From: Felis catus
Taxonomy: Eukaryota
NCBI RefSeq assembly: GCF_018350175.1
Contig: NC_058373.1
Coordinates: forward strand, 101,248,001-101,312,000
Length of the DNA stretch: 64,000 bases
Direction: 5' to 3'
This document shows, piece by piece, positions 1 to 13,649 of this stretch. Each line of letters starts with the position of its first letter. Within the stretch, counting starts at the first letter, position 1. A program made the translations under genes and the position numbers. The notes beneath the pieces were generated by a model, which ran no database searches, was not told where the DNA came from, and saw nothing but the letters and a program-made list of their open reading frames with translations.

Positions 1-658
1 ACATTTGCGTGCACTTTTCATTTTTCTCAGGGGTTGCTAACTCATAGGGTAAATATACGTTTGACTTTGTAAGAGACTGCTAAACATTTTTTAGAGGGGC
101 TGTGCCAATCTGCCTTTCCACCAACAATGTATGAGTTTCAGTGGATACACATCCTTGTGAGCATTTGGTATTGATGGCGGTGGGGTTTTTTGTTTTATTT
201 TAGTTGTTCTAATACCTGTGAAATGATATCCTATTGTTCTAATTTGTATTTCTCTAGTAACAAAAGATGTTCACTACATTCTCATGTGCTTATTTGCCAT
301 CTGACTTTCTTCTTTGGTGAAGTGTCTGCTCAAATCCTTTACCCATTTTCTTATTAGATTCTTGTATACTTACAACTGAGTATTAGAAGTTATTTACACA
401 AGCAGGACACAAGTCTTTGGTCCCATATGTGTTTTATATATACTTTCCCCAGTGTGTGGCTCATCCTTTTACTTTATTAACAGTTTCAAAGATCAGAAGT
501 TTAAAATAAAGTCTACTTTATCAGCATTTTTATTTTATGAGAGAGCTTTCAGTATGATATCTAAAAGATCTGTGCCTAATCCAAGGTCATAAAAATTTTC
601 TTCTGTTTTATTCCAGAAGTTATATAGCTTTATATTTCACATTTAAATATACAATTTA

Positions 659-770
659 GGGGTGCCTGGCTGGCTCAGTCAAAAGAGCATGTGACTCTTG
701 ATCTCATGGCCATGAGTTTGAGCCCTATGCTGGGTGTAGAGATTACTTACATAAGTAACACTTTAAAAAA
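659..770 (+). mobile_element. Short old CanSINE
   Basis: ggggtgcctggctggctcagtc tRNA head, gtagagattactt end. Confidence 0.8.
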
Positions 771-780
771 TAAATGAATA

Positions 781-1050
781 GGGGCGCCTGAGTGGCGCAG
801 TCGGTTAAGCGTCCGACTTCAGCCAGGTCACGATCTCGCGGTCCGTGAGTTCGAGCCCCGCATCAGGCTCTGGGCTGATGGCTCAGAGCCTGGAGCCTGT
901 TTCCGATTCTGTGTCTCCCTCTCTCTCTGCCCCTCCCCTGTTCATGCTTTGTCTCTCTCTGTCCCCAAAATAAATAAACGTTGAAAAAAAAATTTAAAAA
1001 AAAATAAATAAAATAAATAAATAAATAAAAAATAAATAAATAAAATAAAC
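781..1050 (+). mobile_element. Young SINEC_Fc-type CanSINE
   Basis: CpG-retaining tRNA head, (CT)n, long A/AATA tail; sits in the tail of the previous SINE. Confidence 0.93.
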
Positions 1051-1195
1051 GAATCTACAATTTTTATATGATGTGTGAGGTATGGGTCGAGATTCATACT
1101 TTTCCATGGATGTCTAGTTGTTTCAGCATCATTCATTGAAAATATTATCCTTTCTCCATTGAATGGACTTTGCATCTTTGTCAAAAATCATTTGA

Positions 1196-2395
1196 CACCT
1201 TTGCAACAAGTGATGCTAGAGCAACTGAACACCATAGACAAAAAAAAAAAAAAAAAAGAACATTAACCTTATTCCTTATAAAATTTTAAATCAAAATGAA
1301 TCACAAACTAAAGTATAAAACCTAAAAACTATAAAATTTTATGAAAAAAACATAGGAAAAAAACCTTTGGGATTTGGGGGTAAACAAAAAGCTCTTAGAC
1401 TGGACAGCCAAACCTTAATTTTTGAAATGAAAAACTTGAACTTTATCAAAACATACCTTTGCTATGCAAAAGAGGATGAAAGATAATCCCACAGGTTGAG
1501 AGTACATATTTGTAAATCATGTACCTGAAAAAGGACTAGTATTCAGAATAAATAAAGAACTCTCAAAACAGCGATAAGAAGAAAAATCCCATTAGAAAAT
1601 AGACAACAGACATGAAGCGATATTTACCAAAGAGGAGATACAGATGGTAAATTAAGCACATGAAAACATGTTCAAAATAATTATCCATTAGGGAAATGCA
1701 CATTAAAACTGCAATGAGATATCACTACACCCCTATCAGAATGGCCAAAATAAAAAATAGTGGCACTACCAAATTCTGGTGAGGATGTAGAGAAACCAAA
1801 TTACTCAAACACTGCTGGTGAGAATGTAACTAGGACTAGAAAACAGTTTAGTAGTTTCTTTAAAAACTAAATATGCAATTATCATATCACCCAGTAATTA
1901 CACTTTTGGCATTTATCCCGGAGAAGTGGAAATTTATATTCACATAAAAACCTGCATTGGAGTGTTTATTTCAGCTTCATTTGTAATAGTCAAAACTGGA
2001 AACAATCCAGATGTCCTTCACTGGGTGAAGGGGTAAACAAACCATGGCACATCCATACCATGGATTAGTACTCAGCAACAAAGAGGAACAAACTATTGAT
2101 ACACAAAGCAACTTGAGTGAGTCTCCAGAGAATTATGCTGAGTAAACAAAGCCAATCCCAAAGTGTTAAATATCATGTGATACCATTTATACATTTTTTA
2201 AATGACAAAATTATAAAGAGGGTGAAGAGATTAGTGGTTGTCAGGAGTTAAGTACAAGCGTGAGGGGAAGAAATTGGTGTATTTACAAGAGGGAAGCATA
2301 ACAGATCCTTGTAGTGATGGGTCTGCATTTTCTAAGTCCTCTGACTGTGGAGGTAGAATCACAAACCTATACGTGTGATAAAATTGCATAGAACT

Positions 2396-2433
<38 letters not shown>

Positions 2434-2625
2434 GAGAGTCAGTAAAATTAGTGAAATCTGAACAAGATTGATGGATTGATCCAGTGTAATTGAATCAGTG
2501 ATATTAGACTATAGCTTTGCAAAATGTATTATTGAGGGAAACTGAGCAAAGAGTAGGTGGAATTTCTCTGTATACTTTCTCAAAACTGCATGTGGATCTA
2601 TGATTTTCTCAAAAAAAAAAACTTT
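1196..2625 (+). mobile_element. L1MC-like LINE 3' end nested in the older antisense L1
   Basis: ORF2 end (atgagatatcactacac...) and 3'UTR ending ctgcatgtggatctatgattttctcaaaaaaaaa; aaaaatca flanks both sides. Confidence 0.75.
2398..2430. repeat. (CA)n microsatellite
   Basis: Direct. Confidence 0.95.
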
Positions 2626-2917
2626 TTTGAAAAATCAATTGGCCATATATGAATCTACTCTGGTGCACCTATTTCTGAAATCTCTATTTTGCCCCCTTTA
2701 TATATATGTCTGTCCTTTTGCCAACACCACAATGTATGATTACCGCAGCTTTATAATAAATCTTGAATTCAGGTAGTAGGAGTCCTCTATCTAACTCTGT
2801 TCTTTTTTTGAACAGTAGGGTTTTTTTCCTCAAAATTCCAGCTCTTGACTTTGTATATAAAACTTAAATCAGTGTGTATACTTGTCAAAAACATCTGCTG
2901 GGATTTTAAATGATATT

Positions 2918-3135
2918 GTTTTACTTTTTATTTATTTATTTTGAGAGAGAGAGAGAGCACACTAGTGGGAGAGGGGCAGAGAGAGAGAGGGAGAGAGCGA
3001 ATCCCAAGCAGGCTCCATGTCACCAGCACAGAGCCTGACTCGGGGCTCGATCTCACAAACTATGAGATCCTGGTTTGGCACCTGAGCCAAAATCAAGAGC
3101 TGGACATTCAACCTACTGAGCCATCCAGGTGCCCC
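2918..3135 (-). mobile_element. CanSINE
   Basis: T tail, (GA)n, ends ccatccaggtgcccc. Confidence 0.88.
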
Positions 3136-3351
3136 AAGTGATATCATATTCAACCCATAAGTCAGCTTGGGGACAACTGACATTTTCACAGTATGAAGTT
3201 TTCAGTTCATGAACATTTTACCTTTCTGTTTATTTAGGTTATCCTTCTTTCAGCTTTATAGCTTCATCTACAGATCCTGCACTATTTTGATAGATTTATA
3301 CGAAGTATGCTATTTCCTGTTTCTAGTGCTATTTTAAATGACACCCATCTT

Positions 3352-3548
3352 GGGGTGCCTGGGTGGATCAGCTGTTTAAGCATCCGATTTTGGCCTCACA
3401 ATTTGTGAAGTCAAGCCCCACGTTGGGCTCTGTGCTGACAGCTCAGAGCCTGGAGCCTGCTGCAGGTTCCTGTCTCCTTCTCTCTTTGCCCCTCCCCCAC
3501 TTGTGCTCTGCCTCTGTCTCTCTCAAAAATAAACATAAAAAAAAATTT
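3352..3548 (+). mobile_element. CanSINE
   Basis: Head/CT/A-tail; TSD aaatgacac/aaatgacat. Confidence 0.88.
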
Positions 3549-4123
3549 AAATGACATTCATTTTAAAAATCCTGATTTCCAATTGTTTATTGCTACTATA
3601 TAGAAACACAGTTATTTTTTGTAGATTCATATTGTTCACGTGAATTTTAGCAGATTCCTTTGAACTGGCTGCATAGGTAATCATGTCATCTGCCAAACAG
3701 GGAGTTCTTTACAGTTTTATCTAACATAAAAATTACTTCAATGAACATCATTTTACATACTTCTTTTGCTCACGTAACTGATTATATCCTTAACAGATAC
3801 ATACATTTTAAATCCTGATGCAGTGCCTCCACTAATGCCATTGTATCCTCCACACTTGTAACTGCTCTTGGAGCCAGAGCCTGGGAAGATAGCTCTTTTC
3901 TCTAGAAGGAGCACACCTCCTCAACTGCAAGGTGGAGTTTGACTATCTGCCTACTTATAGATACAACTTTTAATGTCTCGAAGAGGATCGGCTTGAACAG
4001 ATCATCCCCATTTTGTACAAAATCCCTTGTTCTTCCTTTCTTCCTCACCCAAAGATTTCCACAACTCCCAGATTGTTGCAAGAAGTGGAGTGATGAGTGG
4101 GAGAGATGGTGAGAGAGGTTCAA

Positions 4124-4329
4124 GGACGGGCCCCCTGGGTGGCTCAGTCAGTAAGCGTCGAACTCTTGATTTCAACTCGGGTCATGATCTCACGGTTCGT
4201 GGGTTTGAGCCCCCCCATTGGGCTCCACACTGATGGTGTGGAGCCTGCTTGGGATTCTCTCTCTCTTGTCTCTGCCCCTTTCTCTCTCACATTCTCTTTC
4301 TCTCAAAATAAATAAATAAACTTTAAAAA
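4124..4329 (+). mobile_element. CanSINE
   Basis: ctgggtggctcagtc head, CT tract, aaataaataaa tail. Confidence 0.88.
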
Positions 4330-4493
4330 GAGAGAATTTCATGGACTACATTCTTGGGGTAATCTGACTTCTAGTTCTAATTAATTCAATCTATGAATCA
4401 TTTAGATAGCATACATATGCTCTCTCTCCTCTACAAAACATTGACTCAGCCAACTCAGACTCTATCCTGAATTTCCAACAGAAGAATAATAAC

Positions 4494-4674
4494 TTTTGAG
4501 AGAGAGAGAGTCAGAGAGAGAGGAGGAGAGAGAGGAGAAAAGAGAGAATTCCAAGCAGGCTCTGCACTGCCAGCATGGAGCCTGGCACAGGGCTTAATTT
4601 CACGAACCGTGAGATCATGACCTGAGCAGAAATCAAGCGTAGGAAGCTCAGCCGACTGAGCCACCCAGGAGCCC
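4494..4674 (-). mobile_element. CanSINE
   Basis: TSD aagaataataactttt on both sides. Confidence 0.9.
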
Positions 4675-5893
4675 AAGAATAATAACTTTTAAAATAAGCA
4701 CACTTACACAAAGTCTTTGTGTGAAGGTGGATTTCAATAAAGTTTTAATGAAATGAGGGGGATTTCAATCACAGGTTTGCAAAGAATATATGATTAAGAA
4801 CAAGCTACCTCTGCTCCTAGAAGTCCTCATGGCCACCACGATTTTTCATGGCTAAACCATCCCCACGTAGCACATCAGGTTTCCCCAACTGAGCTGGCCT
4901 TTTTTCCTTTCCTGTTGTCCCAAATCTGTCTTCCACCATCATCTCTGCCACAAAATGACCCTAATCAAAAATGACCTAAGTGATAGTTTGGGGTTAGCTT
5001 CATTGTCATGTCTTTAAGTACTAAATATTCTTGTTCTGATTATGAAAGAGAGCTTTAACTAGACCTTTCTTCAAAACAGGATTTGAAATACTGATTGGAG
5101 TACTATAAACCCTTAGTTGAAAGAAAGACACTACCTGTGATGCTACAGCGACAATGTTTTGGTTCTTCCAAGAGACATAAATTCTCCTCCTATCTGTACT
5201 TCTACTTAATCCCACATTCATGGGGTTTACCAAATAGTGACCCATGTTTGAGAAACTACACTATGCTTACAAGAAGTTAACAAGAAAAAAAAAAAAAAGA
5301 AAACCTTAAAAACTTTTTAATTGCAATCTTTTTTTTTGTAGGTTAAAAAGAGTTTGCTTTTATGTTTTGGTCTTTTTTCTCTCTTTCTCTCTTTTGATTA
5401 AACAAGATAAGATCTGAAAAATGCTTCTTACAATGATAAGGAAGAAGTAGAATTGACTGATAGGGAGAGAATGGAGAAAGAGTGAAGGAGGGAAGGAGGG
5501 AAGGAAGGGGAAAGAGAGAGAGACTTCCAGGGAAAGCGTTAAAGGCAGGCTTCTTATCAGACTTAATATTGTACAGAGATGATTCTTTTTTTCAACAACA
5601 GCACACTTTAAGGGTCATTTTCTTTGAAAGGCTACAGGCCAAATATTTGCGGGCTGTTCAAACCATGAATTAAAGTGATTTAGCCCATAACTACTACTAA
5701 CTATAACAATCCAAATGTCATGGCAACGAATGATTCTCCAGCTGAAAGTCAGAATGCAGGGATATAAAACTATTCCCCTTAAAATCTTAGTCTCATGTTC
5801 CTTGACATTAAGTTCTTTCTTAGCCTTTGTTTAAAAGCATTTTCACCAATTCCATTCCTAGAACCAATAATGCTTGTCTAATACTGAGAAGTC

Positions 5894-6107
5894 TTTTTTT
5901 TTTTAATTAATTAATTTATTTTGAGAAGGAGACAGAGCATGTGAGCAGAGGAGGGGCAGAACGAGAGGGAGAGAGAGAAACCCAAGCAGGCTCAGCACTG
6001 CCGGCACAGAGCCCGACCGTGAGGCTCAAACCCAGGAACTGTGAGATCATGACCTGAGCTGAAGTCAAGAGCCAGATGCTTAACAAACTGAGCCACGCAG
6101 GTGCCCC
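5894..6107 (-). mobile_element. CanSINE
   Basis: T tail, ends gagccacgcaggtgcccc. Confidence 0.9.
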
Positions 6108-8599
6108 TAATAATCAGAAGTTTTAATAAAGTTGAACACAACACAGGAACTCCTTTTTCAGTTTTTTCCAATATGTTGGGAATGAAGAAGTCAGGTTATC
6201 ATACTGCAAATTACTATAACCATTATAACAAAGGAGAATATCAAGGAAGCTCTCAGTCTCAGGGGTGGATTAAGTTGCATGCCTGATTCTTATCCCTTCC
6301 CAATCAGCCAGAAACAAAATTGTTGGTCTAGTACACATGTAAAATCTGCTTATTAAGCTCATCCACAATTAAAAGAACACAAATAAGAACATCACTGAGA
6401 TACTTTTTTTTTCATCCAATAGATTAAATAAGTGAGAACATTTGGTAATACCCAGTATAAGCAGCCGTGTCAGGATAGGAGCACTCTGACAAAGTGTTCA
6501 TGAGAACACAAAGTGTTGGAGTACAATTTCAGGCTCTATGAAATTAAAAATACACATACGTAGTCATTCCACTTGTAGACCTACATACATAATAGGACTA
6601 TATAAACACATACTATAAAGATGTTCCTTACAAGATCACTTGTTTAAAAAAAAAATGAGAAAAAAGAAGAATGAATGCATGAGTGAGTGAATGAATGAAT
6701 GAGCAAGCAAGCTATGAAAAATCTAGGTAGTGACATCATGCAAATATCAAGAAAAGAAGAGAGCTCTATGTAAACTGCCTTGGAACTTCCTTGAACTTGT
6801 CTGTGCTACCTAAGTTAAAATTCTCAGCGTACAATCATTCATTTCTTTGGAAAACTTACCAGAGAGGACTTGCCCACGGTCCCTCAGTATTAATTAACAA
6901 AATTTGCAGCGTAACCTGGAGACACCTGTCTCCAAAAGTCTTGTTCTTCCAGGGGTCCTGCCCACCTTCCAACTCTGAAGTGGTCTCACTGCTGCATTTT
7001 GTGACCCGTTCTCAGAAAGGCTCCGCTTTTAAAAACTCACTTATTTGAGAAGCCAGATCTGCACAGGAGATTAATTCAGAAGCAACTGTCTCCATCACAA
7101 TAGTTTAGTTCATGTGCAAATGGATTCAAAACAAGGACCCTTTAAAAGGCAAAATGTCCTGGTGCTTTAAAAATATGACCCATTTACAGAAACTTGAGGG
7201 GATATATCTGTTATGTAAATTGAGGAATGCAAACAATCTAAGACCTCTGACAGTCCCTTTTCAAAGAGCATTTGGAACAACCTGTCTAACCTGTCATCCT
7301 CAGTTTGCAGGTACAAAGGAATTACCCCATCATCTCTGCCCTCTGGAAGTTTACAATTCATCACCTTGTACCAGGTAGGGTAAGTGCACTCACAATTAAC
7401 CTGTAACACTAAATGCTTGAATTTCCTCACTGGAAGTTACACAGGCCATCAGTTACTCTCACTCACATGTTACAGCAGAATGTATTTCCTGGTATATCGT
7501 GTTTTCATTTATTCCCTCGGGCACCTTGTGTTCTAAAAATCATCCCTAAAAAAATAATACGGTTCCACAAACTCAGCTTTCCTGGAGACCCATGAAGTCC
7601 ACATGAATCACAAAACATATTAGCTTCAACTTTCTAGCCATTGAAGATCCTTGTCAAGATTCATTCAGTCAACAGTCAAGGCCACTGCAGAGGGGAGTGT
7701 GTGAAGCAGCTGAACTGGACATCAGGGGTGCCCAGGTTTTAGGCCAGGACCCAAACATCCCCCTCCTCTGTGGCCTTGGGCAAGGCTTTTAACAATGAAC
7801 TCAGTTGCTTCCCACCTGTAAAATAGATAATCATCACCTTCCTTTGAGATGTGTATAAATTAATTAGTTGAGGTTTGGAAAGAGTTGTGAAAGCAAAATG
7901 ATACTCATAAATGCTAAATATTCGTTGGTTTTCTTTTCAATTTCATGGTTTTACTTTGGTATCATATATCATATTACACACACTGAGAAGCAGAAAATAT
8001 CACCACCTTGTATCTGATTATTCTTGCTTCAATTGCATAAGGGCTAACCTCAGGGATTAAAAGCAATTGCACAGGACTCGTAAATCATCCTCATGCATGA
8101 TTAAGGAAAAAGATTGTTTGCAGGTCATCTTAATATCGTAGAACACAGCCTGTTATTTTTATAAGTTATGCTCCACAAACGCTCACGGAGGTGGTATAGT
8201 AGTGTTGTCACCATCTTGCAGTTTAGGAAGTAAGTAGGGATCACGCATATGCCTCACACAGGCAACTTCCTATAATTAGAACTCATGGTTCCTAAATTAC
8301 CCATCAATCTCTCCTATGAATCACATCTACTGTACAAAAGAAATCGCCCAAACATGTATCATAGACATCTAAGAGAAAAAGGTGTATGGTATTTAGAGAT
8401 AGGGCAAATGTCAGAAACAGTATTCTTTATTGGCATGCCTATAAAGAAAAGCCTACGTTTTCTAAGCTCCAAAATTCTCTCTCAACCCTTTAACATGAGG
8501 CTCTGTATATACCAGAAATTGTCTCTTTAAAAAATATAGTTTCACATGCAAGGCTAGATGAATTCATATCACTGTTTAATTTGTTGAGCGGTGATTTGT

Positions 8600-9300
8600 T
8601 ACCTCCTCCCAGAGCTAGGAAAGGCCAGAGCCCTGAATGCTGTGCTGGGGAGTTAAGGTCTTATTCTAATGACCAAGGGGAACCCAGGGTAGAAGGGAAG
8701 AAAGGGGTCATGTAAAAGAGTCAGGGTCATGTTTTGGAACACTCACAGGCTTCATGAAGAAGGGTGGTCGGGAATGGACAATACTATGTGCAGAGACACA
8801 AATTAGGGGTGCTGAGAGATTGTGAGATTGTGGTGGCAAAAATTAAGACAAGCAGTGAAGCTGCAGATGGGAAAAAAATCCAAGAGCTGTTATGTAGATA
8901 AAATCAGAGAGGACCATAAGGAGTCTGGAAAGGATGGGACCTAGAGCCCACCCTCAGGGACTGACTTTAGGTAGAAGGAGGAACATCTTTTCCATCATGA
9001 CAGGGAAAAGAGAGAAAAACAAATATGAATTGAAGGAGTGAAGGAACATGCCAAAGCCATCAATGACTGTCAGCAGAAGGTGAGAGAAAAGTGGTCAGAA
9101 GATGGAAGTCAGCTGAAGACGACCTCAGAGGAACCTGTCTTTCTGTGAGTGTCCCTTACAGGTGCAGGGACCCAGGGGAGCAGGCTGCACTGTCCTGGGA
9201 GGCAGTCAGGTTTGAGCTGATGCAGGAGACTGGGCTCGGGGTGCTCTGTGAACCAGGTAATGTATCTGCCACAGAACAAATCTTTGCTCTGCTCATTCCT
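8600..9300 (-). mobile_element. Degraded L2 fragment
   Basis: Purine-rich antisense L2-like text. Confidence 0.45.
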
Positions 9301-9618
9301 CAGGCTCTATCAAAGTTATTTTGAAGTCTAATTCTGATCTCAAATGTACACTTTTTGTTTTTCCTTCCAAGAAAGTGTCATCTATAAATTAAAAGGACAA
9401 TGTTTTCTAGTTCTTCTCAACAAAGGAAATATTAAGATACCTGGCCACAGGGGGCATTCGGGCTGCTATTAAACCAAGGTGGCAATCTCCATTCCAAAAC
9501 CTGTGGACTGTGGGACATGTGGTCCCTGGATGCCGATCACTAGGCATGACAAACAGCCTCAGAAGTTTTCTAAAGTCAAAAAAAAATGATAGCTTTCAGA
9601 GGTTAAAGCACGTGCATG

Positions 9619-9620
9619 CA

Positions 9621-9652
<32 letters not shown>
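9619..9652. repeat. (CA)n microsatellite
   Basis: Direct. Confidence 0.9.
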
Positions 9653-11139
9653 GAGGAATGGTGTTTACAAAATAAAAACATGTTTTTAAAGACTAATACT
9701 AAGTAAATGCCCCTGTGAAGACATGAAATGCTTTGCATTTCAAGTATAAATTAAATAAATAATACATCAATTTCCTAGGGAATTTTTGTAATATGGCACA
9801 CAGAATATGTAAATTGAAAGTTCTAAATTTGTTTCTAACAGTATGCTTATCTAAGGATCCACTTTCACAAATAAGGTCAGGAGACAACAGAATGCCAAGG
9901 ACTCTTTAGAGGAATGTATAGTGTTCCATTCAGAAAAAAATACATATATGTCTTTCCATGCCACAAAAGCCACGAAAGGTCACCAATCCAACCAAAGTAT
10001 TCAAATAGAGATTCTGCCAGGCCGCTGAGTCCATTACGCCAAACTAGGCAGGTGTCTCCTGCAGAAACCCTTCTATGTGGGACTTCCTCCCAACACCTAT
10101 CTCCTTTCAGTTAATCATGCTGATCTGGATTTCTCTGAGTCAAAACCTACTAAGCCAGAAGATGATATGTGTGGACATTTTTTTAAAGCTTAATATCCAA
10201 GCTGAAAGAGCAACAGTATAAATGTTCTTTTCCAACCAAGAGAAAGTTATCTCTCTCCGCTACTTCTTGTATCCATGTTTTTGTGCTTCTGGAAGACTTT
10301 CTATCCCAAGACACATAGTTTATATACATAGGGCCAGATACAGAAGCCCAGCCATTGTGCAGGAAAAACTGCATAGGACCATTGCTACCTTGTTTGTTTT
10401 TTCTGGCAAGCTTCCCCTGGAGTACAGGTCTAGAGGGAAAATGCATACCCTCTCACATACAAGGCAAAATAACCCTTAGAATCTTACTTTCCTCCTTCAA
10501 TCATTTTTTAGTCTTGAAAAGTATACGCAAGAAAAAGATGACAAAGGTGCCCCTTATCAGAGTCTCTTCCTGGGCATGAATAAGCTTTTTCTGAGGTATG
10601 TGAGAAAAATCTAGAGCGTCTCCATAAAGAAAAGGAAACGGATTCCATGCAGCCATGTGATAAAAAAAAGTTTTACTCATGCCCTTCTCTATATAGATTT
10701 ATGAGGGTTTCTGCTGACATGAAGTATGTTCTTTACTGAATTCCTCAAGTGAAGCAAAACCACACATATCTGGTTCTAAAGTAACATACTGAGTCACTCG
10801 TTTACACAGTAAATGTGAAATAGTCATTTGCAAGCCTCCCACATACCTATAAAGTAGATTGAACCATAACCACTTTCTGGGGGAAAAAAGGGGATTTTTT
10901 AAATGCCAAAGAAAATGAAAATTAAAAAATATATAGTTAGTAAAATATTTATTAAAATATATATAGATTAAAACATATGTTTTAATAGCCCGTCTAGAAA
11001 TCAGCTTACAAACCACCTCAGCAACTACTCGTGAGTAGGAATGTGTCCGCAGAGCGGACACTGGATAGAAATCCTGGTGAATGTATGTGTCTAATGCATG
11101 ATTCTTGCAGTTTTTGTGGAATGGACACGATGCAGTCAT

Positions 11140-13072
11140 CAGATCCCCCCTTACATCCTAACTAGTGCTCCTCTGAAATTGTTGGCCTCCCTTCTAGTGT
11201 TTGGGCCAGTTCTCCTTCTGTTGCCATTGCCTGGAACCAGCCCTCGAAGCCCTAGCAATGCCACCTCTGGCACCCTAGCCTCAGGGTTGTCTTTCCTTTC
11301 ATTCCTGCTGCGACAAACTGAGTTCTGGCTCTCATTGTCTCTCACAAAGTTTACTGCAATCTTCCCAACTGGTTTTGGGTTCTCAAAGCATCCCCTGCAC
11401 ACAAAAGCCAGATCAATTCTCCCGGAACACTGCTGGGACTGTGGCTGAAAATGACAAATTTAAACTCCTTGGGCTCTCCACCATTTGTTCTCCTCTCCCA
11501 TCTTGGGTCCCAGGCTTATCACCTACTAGGTCCCCAGGACCTACGCTAGCCTAAGGTCAATTGGGTCCTTGCTATTTCTTAAGCTTACTCTGTCTTTCTC
11601 CACTATTATGCCTTTGCTCCTGTTTTTCCCTCCACGTATGATGTCATTCTTTATCCCTGAAAAACCTCACTACCTGCAAAGGGCCAAGACCAGTATCACC
11701 TTCTGTGTGATAAATCCTCCACGAAAACCCCAGAACAATCTGTCTTTCTTTTCCATCCCCCATGGTGCTTAATCTATGTCTCTACTCTAACACCTCTACA
11801 ATACTTTCTGGTATCTGTTTTCTACATGTGTGTCTTAATTCCCATCTCATTCATGTATTCAATGCATACACATCAGGAATTTACCAAATTTAAGGCACCC
11901 TGTTAAAAGTTGATGCTGCTGCAGAAAATGAGACGAATATAGTCCTGCCTTCATGAAGTGTTTGTCCAGCAGAAGGAAACTTTTTGGATAAATAATTGCT
12001 CAACAATTCACGGAATGAATGGCAATGATGATATGCACTATAACTGAGAGTTTGGGGATACATACTAGGGGCCCTTAACCTCGTGGCGATTATCAGGCAA
12101 ACCTTCCAGCACAAGTGAGATAGGACAAATTTATAGGAGCTACCCAAACAAGATAATTAGTGAAAAGCATACCAGGCCAAGAAAAGTACCATGTGCCAAG
12201 TCCCTACACCATAAGGTACCTAAAGAAGTCCAACAAGTTGTGATCAGAGAAGGAAGTGGAAAGAAAACAGTTGCTTAGAATAAGGTGCAGATGAACAAGG
12301 GACCAGATTATAGAAGGGTTTCCAAGCCATTTAAGACTTTTAAACCTATTTCAAAGTACACTGACAACTTATTTAAAGTGAAGGCATGATGTAATCAGAT
12401 CTGCATTTAAAAAAAAATAAAAGGAAGTTAACTCTGGAGACAGTATAAATAATGAAAGAAGGGACAAGGACAGATGCAGAGAGGCGAGTAAGAGAGGTAT
12501 TTCAGCCATCTGAAGAACGAGCACTTGGACCAAGATGTTGTCACTGAAATCGAGAAAAATGAACATAGTTAATAAGTATTGGATTAAATCATTTGCAATT
12601 GCCTTTTTGTTGCAGTAAAAATGGTTGTTTCTCAGAAAATGTGTATTCAGGAAGCAAGTTAGGCAAGCCTAGGTGCTTCATTGAGATGAAGGAGAAGGAG
12701 TCAAGGAGAATGTCTGGTTTTCTGGATTGTACAAATGACACTTACTGAAAGGGAAAAACAGGAGGAGGAGCACATTTGGAGAAATAAGTCATGATTTCCA
12801 TTTAGGACAATTTTATGAGATGCCCCTGAGTTACCCAAGAATATGCTTGTATGCAGTGATCCGGAATCAAAGGCAAGCTCTGAGATGAAAATTTAGATTT
12901 GGAAGTTATCAGCATGGAAGCCAAGAGAGGATAAGTTCACCTAGAGAGAAGGAGAGAGAAACACAGAGATGGAAAGGGGCAGGGGGAGAGAGAGATAGAG
13001 AGAGGGAGAGAAATAGAGCCAAGGTTCTACAAGAGTTGTTATGAAGAATCACCTGTGGAATTTCTTTTCTTG

Positions 13073-13121
<49 letters not shown>

Positions 13122-13600
13122 AAAGGCCCAACAAATCAGAATTTCTGGGGCCTGTGTACGCCTAGCTTAAAATAACTCCACAAGGTCTTCTAATGTACAT
13201 CCATGATGGAAATAACCAGAAAAGTGATATGAGAAAAGAGAATCTAAGAGGGAGGTCTACAAAAAGCTACCTGTGGACTTGAGAAGAGAAAGGAGAACTG
13301 GCAAGAGAGCCTGAAGGGGAACATCCAGAAAATAGAAATCCTGGAGCAGAGAGTGGAAATGAACAGATGGCCACATGTGGAAATGTTCCTGCAGGTGAAA
13401 TTAAGGTGGGGAGGGCTAAAAAGTGACTATTGAGTTTGTGACACAATGATCTCAGCACAAGCAGATTCCAGGAGCTGGGGGTACAGAATGCAAGGAGGAG
13501 AGACAAATGGGAAGTATGAGGTGGGGAAAGAGTGCCAAGAGGCTGGACAGGGAGAAGAGAACTGGGGCAGGAGTCAGAGCGAAGCATAGGTTCAAGGCAG
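11140..13600. mobile_element. L2 relics: plus-strand ~11140-11830, minus-strand ~11845-13600
   Basis: cttcccaactggt...cacacaaaagccaga (L2+); tcattcatgtattcaa...gtaatcagatctgcatttaaa (L2-). Confidence 0.6.
13075..13120. repeat. (CA)n microsatellite
   Basis: Direct. Confidence 0.95.
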
Positions 13601-13649
13601 GCACGGGACTTCCATTTGACTATAGGTGCTTCATTGGAACCAGGAATCA

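Larger units (their letters stand above)
1..1190 (-). mobile_element. Old L1 fragment (ORF2 3' part), interrupted by SINEs; continues at ~2630-3700
   Basis: Typical antisense L1 text (ttccaccaacaatgtatgag, ttgtatttctct, ccaaggtcataaa). Confidence 0.75.
2630..3700 (-). mobile_element. Continuation of the old L1 fragment
   Basis: aaaatcaattggccatatatg...aatcatgtcatctgcc antisense L1 ORF2 motifs. Confidence 0.7.

Noticed and set aside
781..860. tRNA-like A/B boxes here and in other SINE heads (also 20990-21040)
   Set aside because: Heads of tRNA-derived SINEs, not tRNA genes
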